DNA from: a virus
Strand: one strand, 5' to 3'
IMG/VR virus record: IMGVR_UViG_3300010413_000018
Location: 64,001-128,000 of that record
Length of the DNA stretch: 64,000 bases
The position numbers and the translations under genes are program-made. A model generated the notes under the pieces. It did not search any database and had not been told where the DNA came from. It worked only from the letters and a program-made list of their open reading frames with translations. Position 1 is the first letter of the stretch. Each line of letters opens with the position of its first letter. Shown here one piece after another: positions 48,229 to 56,913 of the stretch.

Positions 48229-49485
48229 CTACTCCTTAGTTGGATCGTATTCGTAAACAACGTTGCCGTTATCATCCAGTTTAACCGGTTTCATGATACC
48301 GCCAAAAAGAGTGTACGGTGCTTGGCCCATGCGTGGATGATTCCATAGCCAGCGCATGTATTCGAACATCGACATGTCGGCGTATTTTGATCGGTTAGTA
48401 GCGGATCCGGTATTAAACCCTTCGGCTTGGCGGAACAAAAAATCTTTAAGATGCTCCATTTCGCCGGACACTTCGTCCCAACGTACTGACCCGTTTTTCT
48501 TGCACTTCAATAGCGCAACAGTAAATTGACCTTGGCTGTAATTCCAATCAGGCGGAAGTCCGCAACACGATCCGTTATGGCAACGCTCTTTGAAGTGCGC
48601 GTCTGAAACGTAAAAACGAATGCCGGCCAAGTTGGCCGCCTTTTCCATCTGATCAACGAACGGTCGTTTTAGGTTGCGATTCAAGCGTAGATAGCCACTG
48701 CCCAACGAATATTTTTTGTAAAAATCGGTGTAGTCAAAACCGGCTTGTGCCGAAATTATTGGCAAACGTTTTTGCAGTAATACCGCGCGCGTTTCATAAC
48801 AGAAAAACTCAGTACTCATAGCAGTCGCACCTGCTTCACCGGCTAGCCGAATTAATTCTGTATGAGTTGGGTCAGTAATTCCAATCATGAATGGACGCAA
48901 CCTAAGAGTGGCACCACCACAGTCGAGTTTGGCTATCTTTTCAATAGCCTTCAACCGCTCTTTTGGAGTAGGAACGCCGCGCTCAATAACTCTGGCTTTG
49001 CGTTCATCCAGCGTTATAATGCTGACTTTTACGTTCCAGTTCTTTTGGCCGCGAAACAAATCGGTGTAGCGTTCATCGTCAAGCCACCATGTCCCTTTCG
49101 TGGAAAAGCACAGCGGATAGTTCAACTCTTTGAAAAACTGGAGCAGTTCGAGGCCTACTCCGTGCTTCTTTTCAAACCAGCAAAATGGATCGGATAACCC
49201 TCCCCATTGCATTACTTTACGTGCGTCGACGTATTTACGAAATTGTCCGAGTCCGCGATTTACTTTTTCGTTCAAGAAAATCGCTTTTACCTTTTCAATG
49301 TTTACCGGTCTGACTTCACCGGCTCCATACGCTTCTTTACCACCACCGACTGAACGGCGGTAAGAAGCGAAGCAGTACAAGCATCCAAAGCTACAGTTGG
49401 AATACTGGTCAAACGTCATCGGCATTGAACAGTCAGCTACCTCAGCAGACCAGCGTGGAGAAGGATAAAACTTACCGCACGCCAT
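48229..49485 (-). CDS. Radical SAM protein (spore photoproduct lyase-like family)
   Basis: DQYSNCSFGCLYCFA (CxxxCxxC), GGLSDPF, FSTKG, IERGVPTPKERL, LRLRPF and C-terminal SCCG. Confidence 0.88.
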   Translation of the reverse strand: MACGKFYPSPRWSAEVADCSMPMTFDQYSNCSFGCLYCFASYRRSVGGGKEAYGAGEVRPVNIEKVKAIFLNEKVNRGLGQFRKYVDARKVMQWGGLSDPFCWFEKKHGVGLELLQFFKELNYPLCFSTKGTWWLDDERYTDLFRGQKNWNVKVSIITLDERKARVIERGVPTPKERLKAIEKIAKLDCGGATLRLRPFMIGITDPTHTELIRLAGEAGATAMSTEFFCYETRAVLLQKRLPIISAQAGFDYTDFYKKYSLGSGYLRLNRNLKRPFVDQMEKAANLAGIRFYVSDAHFKERCHNGSCCGLPPDWNYSQGQFTVALLKCKKNGSVRWDEVSGEMEHLKDFLFRQAEGFNTGSATNRSKYADMSMFEYMRWLWNHPRMGQAPYTLFGGIMKPVKLDDNGNVVYEYDPTKE

Positions 49486-49487
49486 GA

Positions 49488-50147
49488 TTAATTCTTCCCC
49501 AGTATTTCTGAAGCCATGTACATGGTTTTATGACCGTCGATTCCTAAGTAATCGACGATCTCTTGGCGCTCTTCTTCCGACGTGTACACGATGATAAAAC
49601 TTTGCGTGCGGTTGTCTTCGCCTTCAATAGGTGGAGGCGGTAGCGCGTCCGGAATACCGGGATCTTCGAAGTCGTCCAGCATACCTTCAAGCACGTCTTC
49701 GTGAATACCGGTTAGGCTCAAATCAAACTGAGAATCGTCCAACATGGTGACGATTTCTTTCAACATGTCTTGATCAAGGTGTGCTAATTCTGGGATGGTA
49801 TTGTCGGCTACTAAATCAGCCAACTCTGCTCGTTCATCGGCATAGTCTTGGTAGTCAACAGGTACCGATGACATACCTAACCGTTCAGCTGCCATTAAAC
49901 GACCATGTCCACGAATTATAAAGCCGGAAAGTTTGCTTACAGTGATAGGTGAGCGCCATCCATTGCCTTGAAACACTTTGGCTAGCGCGGTTACCTGATG
50001 GTCTGGGTGTACGTTTGGATTCTTTGGGTGAGGTTTCATTTCACCAATGGGTACCAACTCGTCGTGCCCACAGTAAATTTTAATTCCATCTACTTCAGCT
50101 TGTTTAACAATCGGATCGCTAGTTTCTGTTTTCTTAGATTTGCCCAT
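49488..50147 (-). CDS. ParB/Srx-like N-terminal domain protein
   Basis: PHPKNPNVH...GWRSPITV...IIRGHGRLMAA...VPVD...LVADN. Confidence 0.85.
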   Translation of the reverse strand: MGKSKKTETSDPIVKQAEVDGIKIYCGHDELVPIGEMKPHPKNPNVHPDHQVTALAKVFQGNGWRSPITVSKLSGFIIRGHGRLMAAERLGMSSVPVDYQDYADERAELADLVADNTIPELAHLDQDMLKEIVTMLDDSQFDLSLTGIHEDVLEGMLDDFEDPGIPDALPPPPIEGEDNRTQSFIIVYTSEEERQEIVDYLGIDGHKTMYMASEILGKN

Positions 50148-50358
50148 TTTCCCTCATCCTTGTAAAGACTTCTTCTACCATTTTTCGGGTTACGAAGTCG
50201 TTATCAATTTTTGTATTGCCGTACGCAAAGCTTTTCATCTGTGCGTCGCGTTCTTCTGACGTCATGGTTATCTTTTTACTTTTGTGAAGTAACCAACGAA
50301 AGCGCATGCTGGAGGCATAGCGTGAAACTGGTATTGTTGGAATGGTTGCCTCTTGCAT
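50134..50358 (-). CDS. Small hypothetical protein
   Basis: SD AAGGAAGGA before MQEAT; MTSEERDAQMKSFAYGN. Confidence 0.55.
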   Translation of the reverse strand: MQEATIPTIPVSRYASSMRFRWLLHKSKKITMTSEERDAQMKSFAYGNTKIDNDFVTRKMVEEVFTRMRENGQI

Positions 50359-50478
50359 AATCCTTCCTTTCTTACGCAAGCTTAATGTAAAAATACTAAG
50401 TAGTAAAATTTACGAATACTGGTTATTTAAAAATAAGCTAAGCAGATTGGTGGTTTGATTAGTCTGGTCAGTGAGCTG

Positions 50479-50865
50479 TTACTCCTCTTCTTCGTCCTCC
50501 AAAACGAAGTCTTCTTCGCAATGCGGGCAAACGTACACGACGTTTTCGCCTTCGATCGCTTCGACGCAAACGTCTTCACCGCAATGAGGACACTCATACA
50601 TGTCGCACTCTTCTTCTTCTTCTTCTTCTTCTTCGTCTTCTTCATCTTCTTCCATGACGAACTCTTCGCCACAGTGCGGACACTTGTAGCACTCTTCTTC
50701 TTCTTCTTCGTCCATGTCTTCGTCGTACGCTTCGTACGCTAGTTGAAGGTAAAACGCTGAGTTCAGCGTCCAGCCTTCCAGTTCCATTTCATCGTGGCAC
50801 CAACCGTACTCATCGTCGTAGTACCAACCGCAGCTCTCAAGATATTCCATTCTTTCTTCCGGCAT
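50479..50865 (-). CDS. Hyper-acidic protein with three CPHC zinc-ribbon motifs
   Basis: SD CAGGAG; poly-Glu tracts; CPHC three times. Confidence 0.7.
   Translation of the reverse strand: MPEERMEYLESCGWYYDDEYGWCHDEMELEGWTLNSAFYLQLAYEAYDEDMDEEEEEECYKCPHCGEEFVMEEDEEDEEEEEEEEECDMYECPHCGEDVCVEAIEGENVVYVCPHCEEDFVLEDEEEE
50611..50634. repeat. (TTC)8 trinucleotide tract (poly-Glu on the minus strand)
   Basis: Read directly; shorter tracts lie nearby. Confidence 0.8.
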
Positions 50866-50989
50866 TGTTATCTCCTGTGTGTGTTGTGGGTCAAAGTAAA
50901 GATCGCTGCTACTGCGTTAGATATAAGGAAAACGGGTAAAGTGTTGAAATCATATCGTAATACGGTAGCCGCGAACATCAGTAGAATTT

Positions 50990-51019
50990 AGTATCCCATC
51001 GAGGTGCGACTATCGTCAA
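50990..51019 (-). promoter_or_regulatory. Putative sigma70 promoter TTGACG-N18-GATACT
   Basis: Intergenic, upstream of the acidic protein and the modification cluster. Confidence 0.35.
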
Positions 51020-51102
51020 TACTTTTTACAGCCATCCCGCGTATCCTCAAAGATCCTCAACACATACGGATCAAGATTTAAACTTGATGTCGCAATTTGC
51101 GA

Positions 51103-52431
51103 TTAGCCGTCCAAGTGAATCTTATAAAACCAAGTCATTCCGCGCTTTTCCGTGACGCCGAATGTTACTTGCTTGGGTGATGTACCGAGACCCATACGTT
51201 TCAGTACATACTGGTCGTCTGACTTAAACGTGCCGTTTGTTATGATTTCCAGGTTTCCAACTTCAAAATTCGTTATGTGGTGGAAATGTCCAAGAATAAA
51301 ATAACTGAACGGCGCTGACGTCAGCCGGTTGATAGCATGCTCAGGCGTCATGCCTTCTTCTTTTACCGCGTTGATAATTCCAGAAACCAATTCGCGCTTC
51401 ATTGATTCAACGGCGTGCATTTTTAGGGCGCGGTTAGTGATACCGTAAATTGGTGTAGCCAAATATGACGGTATGTGGTCGCCGTGCTGAAGCAGAAAGT
51501 AATACCCTTTCACGTCAACGATCTGATAGTGACTTTGCGTTTCGATATTAAACTCAAGATTGGGAATGTCCTTCAATAGCGCGGAAACATGCCGCATGCT
51601 GATGACGTCCCAGTTCGTTGAGTACGCGGAGTCCCGACCGGCCGGCGAACCGTGGTTGCCGTAAATCACGTGAACGTATACGTGCTCGTAAAAGTTGCAG
51701 AACGTCAACAGCATTTTACACACTGCTGGTGCGAATATTTCGAAGATCTGCTTATCAACTGAGCATTCAAACTCATCCATGTTGACGTTCTTATTGACCT
51801 TCTCGCCGTTTACAAGATCGCCTAGCATGAAAATGTGTAGCTCGCGAATGGGACGCCGTAAGCTATGGATTTGGCCCAGCTCGATGACCTTTCGCGTGAA
51901 TATGTCGACGCGTTTAGCAAACACGCGACTATTAAACGATTTTGTCAAAACACCTGGATGCGCGTCTGAAAAAAGTGCGACTTGAGATTCATCAGATACC
52001 GGCTTAGTTGTGAAGTCAGGTATGTGTACCAGTTCTTTGATGTTGGGGATTGAGTGTGTAAATTCAACCTGACGCGAAATAGCTGCCGCGTACAATTCGT
52101 CTCGCTTTTGTTTCTTCGGCTTTTCAAAATCACGCACCGACATTTCCACCATGATGGTGTCTTGGCGTTTGTTTTTGACCTTGGAGTATTTCAACCCTTT
52201 ACCGCGCTGAAGGCTTTTTGCAGTGCGTTGACCAGGGCGCCTAAACGGTAAGTAACCTTTTTGACGCCATGCGTTTAACGCCGCTTTATTTATACCAAAC
52301 TTCTCAGCGATCTGGGCTTTTGTCTCGGTGCCCTCCCACATTTCCCGCAATGCTTTCCACTCTACCTCGCTCTTCCCCCAATTCTCTGGAACCTGTCCGT
52401 CTTTATGTTCAAGGTTACTTTCTTCAGGCAT
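51103..52431 (-). CDS. Calcineurin-like metallophosphoesterase with N-terminal HTH
   Basis: SDAH, LGDLVNGE, GNHG, QHGD, GHFH; TKAQIAEKFGINKAALNAW HTH. Confidence 0.85.
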   Translation of the reverse strand: MPEESNLEHKDGQVPENWGKSEVEWKALREMWEGTETKAQIAEKFGINKAALNAWRQKGYLPFRRPGQRTAKSLQRGKGLKYSKVKNKRQDTIMVEMSVRDFEKPKKQKRDELYAAAISRQVEFTHSIPNIKELVHIPDFTTKPVSDESQVALFSDAHPGVLTKSFNSRVFAKRVDIFTRKVIELGQIHSLRRPIRELHIFMLGDLVNGEKVNKNVNMDEFECSVDKQIFEIFAPAVCKMLLTFCNFYEHVYVHVIYGNHGSPAGRDSAYSTNWDVISMRHVSALLKDIPNLEFNIETQSHYQIVDVKGYYFLLQHGDHIPSYLATPIYGITNRALKMHAVESMKRELVSGIINAVKEEGMTPEHAINRLTSAPFSYFILGHFHHITNFEVGNLEIITNGTFKSDDQYVLKRMGLGTSPKQVTFGVTEKRGMTWFYKIHLDG

Positions 52432-52648
52432 TAATCACCTCCGCGCTAAATGGACACACCTATTTACCTAACAGCAGATCTGTCCAACATTCGCGTACAT
52501 TGTTTTTGGAAAGAGCAAGAAGAACGATCGTTGACGAGATCTTCCGGCTCAGTGTATTAGTCATATGAACCTTTTACTAAAAAAGTCGTTCATCTGACAA
52601 ATTATGCGCCAAAAGGTGCAGCCCGACAACTTTTTATCAGCAAATTCC

Positions 52649-53014
52649 CTACAGAAGTAACATTAAAGCTGGAGTAATTTCATGCAAGCGTCGCATTGAA
52701 ATATTGTAGCAATTGACGTAATGCTTCTCTTTGAAAAAAGTGCATAAGCAACTAGCGCTTTCTTCAAGCTCTGAAACCGCTTCAAGCGCTTGATCTATGC
52801 TGCCCGGCATTAAACGCATACGGCGCTTAATTCTACTTTCATGAAATTGAAATACACGCCGATCGTACTCATCGAAATCATGCGCGCAGTACAACCAAAT
52901 AGAATCATAAAGTTGCTTCGCAACAGCACAAGTTGCAAGCTTGTAATACTTTTCCGAACCAACTTCAATTTTAATTGGCATCTTTATAAAACGATAGGCC
53001 AAGCTCGCTACCAC
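52649..53014 (-). CDS. Hypothetical helical protein
   Basis: Fills the gap on the coding strand; start uncertain. Confidence 0.5.
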   Translation of the reverse strand: MVASLAYRFIKMPIKIEVGSEKYYKLATCAVAKQLYDSIWLYCAHDFDEYDRRVFQFHESRIKRRMRLMPGSIDQALEAVSELEESASCLCTFFKEKHYVNCYNISMRRLHEITPALMLLL

Positions 53015-53062
53015 CTGGCCTATCTATCCCCAGAAGCAAACTTTATCTCGTTATCACTACAG

Positions 53063-53617
53063 TCACGGTTTTGCCGTGATAGTTACTGCTTTTCCGCTAG
53101 CTCGATATACGCGATTCTTTTCGTAGTCTACTTTTACCGGATAAGGAAATACTGTGACTCGCGTTTCAACGTAGTGCGGTTCAAGCGCGCCTCCAGGTCC
53201 TGTACAAATAACCCATGTAGCCGATGTATTCTTTGATGAGTATACTCCGTTAGGTTCTGGTTGTTCTATCACTGCTGCTCCAACGTTATGCTCAGCGTAA
53301 CCGACTTTTAAGGGATTAGTTAAACTGGTATCGTATGGAAGACCAAAGCCTAGGCTGGGACAGTCAAACTCAATTGTTCCTAACGCGGAACGCCATACTG
53401 AATGCGTCGCTACCATTTGATTTCGAAGACCATAAAGCTTGATCACAAGTTCGCGTTCCAACGACCAGTCAAACACTGGTATCGGCTGCCGCTTGGAATA
53501 CTGTTGCATCTGCTGTTCAGCTGTCCGGCGATCTTTTACTTCTTGATCTTGCTCATGCGCTGGAAAACATGCGGTCAGCGCAAACGCGGATATTAGTATT
53601 ATGATAAGGTTTTTCAT
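53063..53617 (-). CDS. Lipoprotein of unknown function
   Basis: Start refined to MKNLIIIL; lipobox ALTAC. Confidence 0.7.
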   Translation of the reverse strand: MKNLIIILISAFALTACFPAHEQDQEVKDRRTAEQQMQQYSKRQPIPVFDWSLERELVIKLYGLRNQMVATHSVWRSALGTIEFDCPSLGFGLPYDTSLTNPLKVGYAEHNVGAAVIEQPEPNGVYSSKNTSATWVICTGPGGALEPHYVETRVTVFPYPVKVDYEKNRVYRASGKAVTITAKP

Positions 53618-53618
53618 G

Positions 53619-53936
53619 TTACTTTCTGCTTTCTGCTGCATCGCGCAGCACTTCAATAGAAGCGCGTTGCGCCTCCAAGGTTGATCGTTCATCGTCACTT
53701 ATGTTTGGGTTTGATAGTTTGGTGCGGATTTGTGCTAGTTGTGCGTCGAACGTGGACAGCTCGGATTCGCGTGCTTCCTTGTACTGGAAACTGTTCTTGT
53801 AGATAACGCGCTCAGCCACGGTATGGCCAAACATACCAACGTATTGGCATGTTCCAACGACAGCTCCCGTCGCTACCAATAGTAGTAAAATCCAAAACCA
53901 CCAACCGGCGAATAGCCGTTTTTCAGGGTCAACCAT
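53619..53936 (-). CDS. Membrane-anchored coiled-coil protein
   Basis: N-terminal TM helix followed by a coiled coil. Confidence 0.65.
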   Translation of the reverse strand: MVDPEKRLFAGWWFWILLLLVATGAVVGTCQYVGMFGHTVAERVIYKNSFQYKEARESELSTFDAQLAQIRTKLSNPNISDDERSTLEAQRASIEVLRDAAESRK

Positions 53937-54555
53937 TTCGTTTGTCCTTCCTTTGTATTTTGTTTATTAGTTGTAATATATCTCGTGCTTTCAAATTATC
54001 TCGAAGCATCGAGCAAAAAAGTTCGCCTTGTTCAATGGCGTCGTCTAGTGCTACGTGCGTGTGCTTGTGGTTTGGATTAAACCATTCCTTCGGCATTTTC
54101 TTTTTTACTGTTTTTCTAAACGTCTTACCCAGCACCGCCATAGCGTACGACTTAACGTCAAGAGCAGAAAAGCCAAACGGCGATCCTCCCGTAAACATCA
54201 CTAGATACCAGTACACGAACATGAAGTCGTACGTTGCTGGATATCCGACAAAAACCGGTTTACCGCCCAGTTCTTCAACCCATTTACGGTATTCCCGCAT
54301 TACAATAAGCGGCGCGCGCGTATTCATACGGCACGCTTCCCAAGCGCTCGGGTTCTTTTCCCAAAATTCACTCATTGTAACTGGGTCTGCTTCAGCATCC
54401 GGTAAAGTGTCAAGGTTGGCGGAATACACTGCTAGCAGCTCGCGTTCAGCCGAGTATGCGGCAGAAGCTAAACTCAGCATAGAATTCACACCAGGCAACG
54501 GTCCGTCTGATTCTATGTCGGTGCTTATGTAAATCTCTTGGTATTTGTCTACCAT
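53929..54555 (-). CDS. DEDD 3'-5' exonuclease (Rv2179c-like)
   Basis: [25 protein letters not shown]. Confidence 0.85.
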   Translation of the reverse strand: MVDKYQEIYISTDIESDGPLPGVNSMLSLASAAYSAERELLAVYSANLDTLPDAEADPVTMSEFWEKNPSAWEACRMNTRAPLIVMREYRKWVEELGGKPVFVGYPATYDFMFVYWYLVMFTGGSPFGFSALDVKSYAMAVLGKTFRKTVKKKMPKEWFNPNHKHTHVALDDAIEQGELFCSMLRDNLKARDILQLINKIQRKDKRNG

Positions 54556-54800
54556 TCTTGGTTCTCCACCGGATCGCCGATAATGAGCTTCTTTTTCTTA
54601 TTGAACCAAGCAACAAAAAATCGTATCGCTTGGCCTCCCATCTTGTCTACAAACTCATCGGTAAGCTCGACGCGTGCGTACACTTTACGAAAACGATCGT
54701 ACGCAGTGGCCGACGGAACCACCCAGCGGCCACTTTTCTTCATCGGTAAAACTACTTTAACCGTAAAGCACTCTTTTACTGCGTACGGCGTTACACTCAT
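54549..54800 (-). CDS. Hypothetical protein
   Basis: Coupled ORF. Confidence 0.55.
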   Translation of the reverse strand: MSVTPYAVKECFTVKVVLPMKKSGRWVVPSATAYDRFRKVYARVELTDEFVDKMGGQAIRFFVAWFNKKKKLIIGDPVENQEW

Positions 54801-55435
54801 AGCGTAGTAATCCTCTTTTGAATTTCAACCTGAGCTGCATGGGGGCTAGCTTCTTTCCAAATTAATGGATTACCGTGTGACGCGAGTACGTCAAAGTTGC
54901 CTTGATAAGCGTGAAGTAAACCGTGAACGAGCGGTTCACCATGCAGCATTAGGCATTTGCATTGGCTGCTACGAATAGTGATCATCGTCCAGGCCTTACC
55001 GTAAAAGCGAGTGTGGCACTTGCTAATAAACGCGTCTGTCGCATCAACATAGTCCTGGCCGCGAGCGCGTTTTAGCCGGACTTTAAATAAAATATCAAAT
55101 AACCTATCGTTTATTATATTAACAACAATATTGCGCTGTCTCTCCATTAAAGGCCTTAACAGATTTCGCTCATACAGGACGTCGTGAACTACATTGTTGA
55201 TTTTGCAGCAGTGCTGAGCGACCATCGGACCGTTATACGGTAAAAGTCCAACAGTTTCATCAGCCACTACGATCGCTCTCATGTAACGCGCGCCGTTGAT
55301 CTGTATGGTGGCTCCCCACTTACGACCTTCCGGAAGTTCTAGATTACCACCAACGTAGATCCAGAGCTTTTTCGAGACCCACCAAAAAATGCAAGCTAAG
55401 CTTGCGGTAAAAGCTATGGCAGTAAATGTGAGCAT
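54797..55435 (-). CDS. Membrane-anchored zincin-like protein with degenerate motif (HGLLH)
   Basis: N-terminal TM; GEPLVHGLLHAY...SH...W; paralog of the neighbouring gene. Confidence 0.6.
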   Translation of the reverse strand: MLTFTAIAFTASLACIFWWVSKKLWIYVGGNLELPEGRKWGATIQINGARYMRAIVVADETVGLLPYNGPMVAQHCCKINNVVHDVLYERNLLRPLMERQRNIVVNIINDRLFDILFKVRLKRARGQDYVDATDAFISKCHTRFYGKAWTMITIRSSQCKCLMLHGEPLVHGLLHAYQGNFDVLASHGNPLIWKEASPHAAQVEIQKRITTL

Positions 55436-55438
55436 GAT

Positions 55439-56074
55439 CTATAAACCTTCGTTGTACGTTTTAGCAAAGTCAAGGATGGCTAGTTTAGCCCGACCTTGTG
55501 CGGTTGTTTCAAATCCTCCGGCAGCGATCCATACTCGTTTATCTGAATGATCGGTGGAATCTGCAATGTAGTCGTCTAGGTACGCGTGGCAAGCTTCATG
55601 AATCAATGGTTCACCGGATAAAATCATAATGTCGATGCATTGTTCACGAATAACCGCACGCGGAATTGGAGTGCCCCAAAAATACTTTCCACACCGAGTG
55701 ATGTAAGCTGCGGCGTGCTTAGCGTACTCAATATATTTTTTACCCATTGATTGATTGAACTCGTCGTCTGTCAAAAAGTGTACGGCGAATTCCCGGCACT
55801 TATTAAAGACATCGGCGTTGTACAGACCGTCTTCAGTAAATTCAGCGCGTATAGCGACATGTACTTTATGACAAAATCGCGCTAGCTGCCAGCGATCTTT
55901 GGTGTAGCGGACGTTTTTACTAATGATAAGGTGAAGCTTCATTGTCCCTTCGGTGTAAGTGTACCGATCGCCGTCCGGAAACTTAATCTTTCCACCGCGT
56001 ACGATGAGTATGATGGCGAACACAATAAGCGCGACGCCGACTAGTGCTAACGTTATTATTGCTCCTATTGGCAT
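55439..56074 (-). CDS. Membrane-anchored HExxH metallopeptidase-like protein
   Basis: N-terminal TM; GEPLIHEACHAY...DH...VW; SD AGGAGG. Confidence 0.65.
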   Translation of the reverse strand: MPIGAIITLALVGVALIVFAIILIVRGGKIKFPDGDRYTYTEGTMKLHLIISKNVRYTKDRWQLARFCHKVHVAIRAEFTEDGLYNADVFNKCREFAVHFLTDDEFNQSMGKKYIEYAKHAAAYITRCGKYFWGTPIPRAVIREQCIDIMILSGEPLIHEACHAYLDDYIADSTDHSDKRVWIAAGGFETTAQGRAKLAILDFAKTYNEGL

Positions 56075-56144
56075 TGTAACCTCCTAATGGTTTACTTGTT
56101 CACTTGGTTAATATTCAAAAGCAAAAACTTTATACTTTAAAAGT

Positions 56145-56176
56145 GAAACGCCTGACAAAAAATCATCAGGCGTCTC
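56145..56176 (-). terminator. Rho-independent terminator-like hairpin
   Basis: GAGACGCCTGA-N10-TCAGGCGTTTC followed by ACTTTT; the G-U wobble pair forms only on the minus strand. Confidence 0.55.
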
Positions 56177-56274
56177 GTACGTAATGCGGCTTTTTGTTGG
56201 TAGTAATGGCGGGAAGTGATCCCGTTAAGACTATAGTACTCATATGCTCCATTTTTGCAAATTTTTAGCAAACG

Positions 56275-56913
56275 TTATTGTTGGATCGGGTGAACAAATA
56301 ATTCTAAGTCAACATCGCCGAGTGCGTTGGCGTTCCTTACGCGCACAGTGTCAGTGCTACTACCAAACATTAAGCGAATCCCGTACGCCGAGTTAAATGT
56401 CGCTTTTCCTACTTTAGAGTAGTAGATAGTTGAAAATAAGTCGTAAATTAATTTTAAATGTTCCGGATTTAAAATGATTCCGGATTCGTTCAAACTGCAC
56501 GGCAACGGCGCAATTTCTTCAGAGGGTAAACGGGCTGCCCAAAACCGTTGAGATGGTGTGGAATACTCGTACACTTTTCCCATTACAGTAAATTGCACAT
56601 ACCGCTCTGTCACCATCACTTGAGTTGGCAGATCGCACGCTTTACGCAACGCAGGTAAAAGTTTGTGTAAAGACTTTGCTGCAATAGAAAATTCTACTGG
56701 TGGAACGTGTGTAGTGCGCACTGTACAAATTGCCGTCAAGCGTGAACTATAAGCGGTAGCCTTGATGTATTCATCAGTAGCGTAAACGTATACGCTAGGC
56801 GACGACGTAGCTACACTTTTTTTACCGGCGACCCGCTGTACTTGAAACAAGTCAAATAATTGTTCGGATGACAGCTCAAATTTAACTGGGTAAACTGCAG
56901 GCCAATTCATCAC
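56275..56913 (-). CDS. Two-domain beta sliding clamp-like protein
   Basis: KATAYSSRL, FSIAAKSL, ILNPEHL, IRLMFG and LFVHPI echo DnaN domains II-III. Confidence 0.45.
   Translation of the reverse strand: MMNWPAVYPVKFELSSEQLFDLFQVQRVAGKKSVATSSPSVYVYATDEYIKATAYSSRLTAICTVRTTHVPPVEFSIAAKSLHKLLPALRKACDLPTQVMVTERYVQFTVMGKVYEYSTPSQRFWAARLPSEEIAPLPCSLNESGIILNPEHLKLIYDLFSTIYYSKVGKATFNSAYGIRLMFGSSTDTVRVRNANALGDVDLELFVHPIQQ

Noticed and set aside
50427-50742. Poly-Lys (minus) and poly-Phe (plus) ORFs
   Set aside because: Alternative readings of the GAA/TTC tracts of the acidic protein; only the Glu frame has an SD and coherent CPHC motifs.
52462-52564. 34-codon minus-strand ORF (MTNTLSRK...) in an intergenic gap
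   Set aside because: Short, with a weak SD and no motif; cannot be supported from sequence alone.
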